Shown here piece after piece: positions 63,895-64,000 of a stretch of DNA of 64,000 nucleotides (within the stretch, counting starts at the first letter, position 1; each line of letters starts with the position of its first letter). The stretch is from Nemertoderma westbladi (lineage: Eukaryota > Animalia > Xenacoelomorpha): contig JAUCBJ010006718.1 of the NCBI GenBank assembly GCA_032718475.1, positions 1 to 64,000 on the forward strand, written 5' to 3'. Position numbers and translations under genes: made by a program. The notes under the pieces were generated by a model. It was not told the DNA's origin and ran no database searches. It saw only the letters and a list, made by a program, of their open reading frames with translations.

Positions 63895-64000
63895 AGTACT
63901 GCTAGTCTGAAGAACAAGGGAATTGGCTGTTACAGTAATGGGATTTGGATAGGCTGCATAATCTATGCCGATGATATTATACGTTTAAGTACGAACCCAA
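63895..64000 (+). pseudogene. LINE RT fragment resembling the 11949-14789 type
   Basis: GIGCYSNGIWIGCIIYADDII parallels LGCHIASEWIGAVCYADDY. Confidence 0.65.

Overview
Eukaryotic (metazoan-type) transposon pile-up with no supportable host gene. Nearly all of the window resolves into nested mobile elements, many with readable target-site duplications (TSDs). Contents: BEL/Pao LTR elements (a young 12.6-kb gag-protease-only element at 23497-36085, a decayed full element at 36565-46271, two gag-protease remnants, one related LTR); LINEs (three copies of an RTE family, a second RTE family, a CR1 with intact ORF2, a decayed CR1 hosting most of the nesting, an L2/Crack-like fragment, and an APE-RT LINE whose ORF1 has a Ulp1-like protease motif); two TTAA piggyBac-type non-autonomous copies; a Helentron/HINE-like element; a foldback-like element; and a 93-unit 63-bp satellite born from CR1 RT coding sequence. 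Best leads: (1) a ~411-nt tRNA-headed type I hammerhead retrozyme, present twice, with Penelope-like junctions; (2) a BEL/Pao element with no tRNA PBS but an exact 11-nt complement of its own LTR, suggesting Tf1-style self-priming; (3) the Ulp1-protease LINE; (4) a shared extended target site for the piggyBac-type element. Family assignments come from motif recognition by eye, not database searches.
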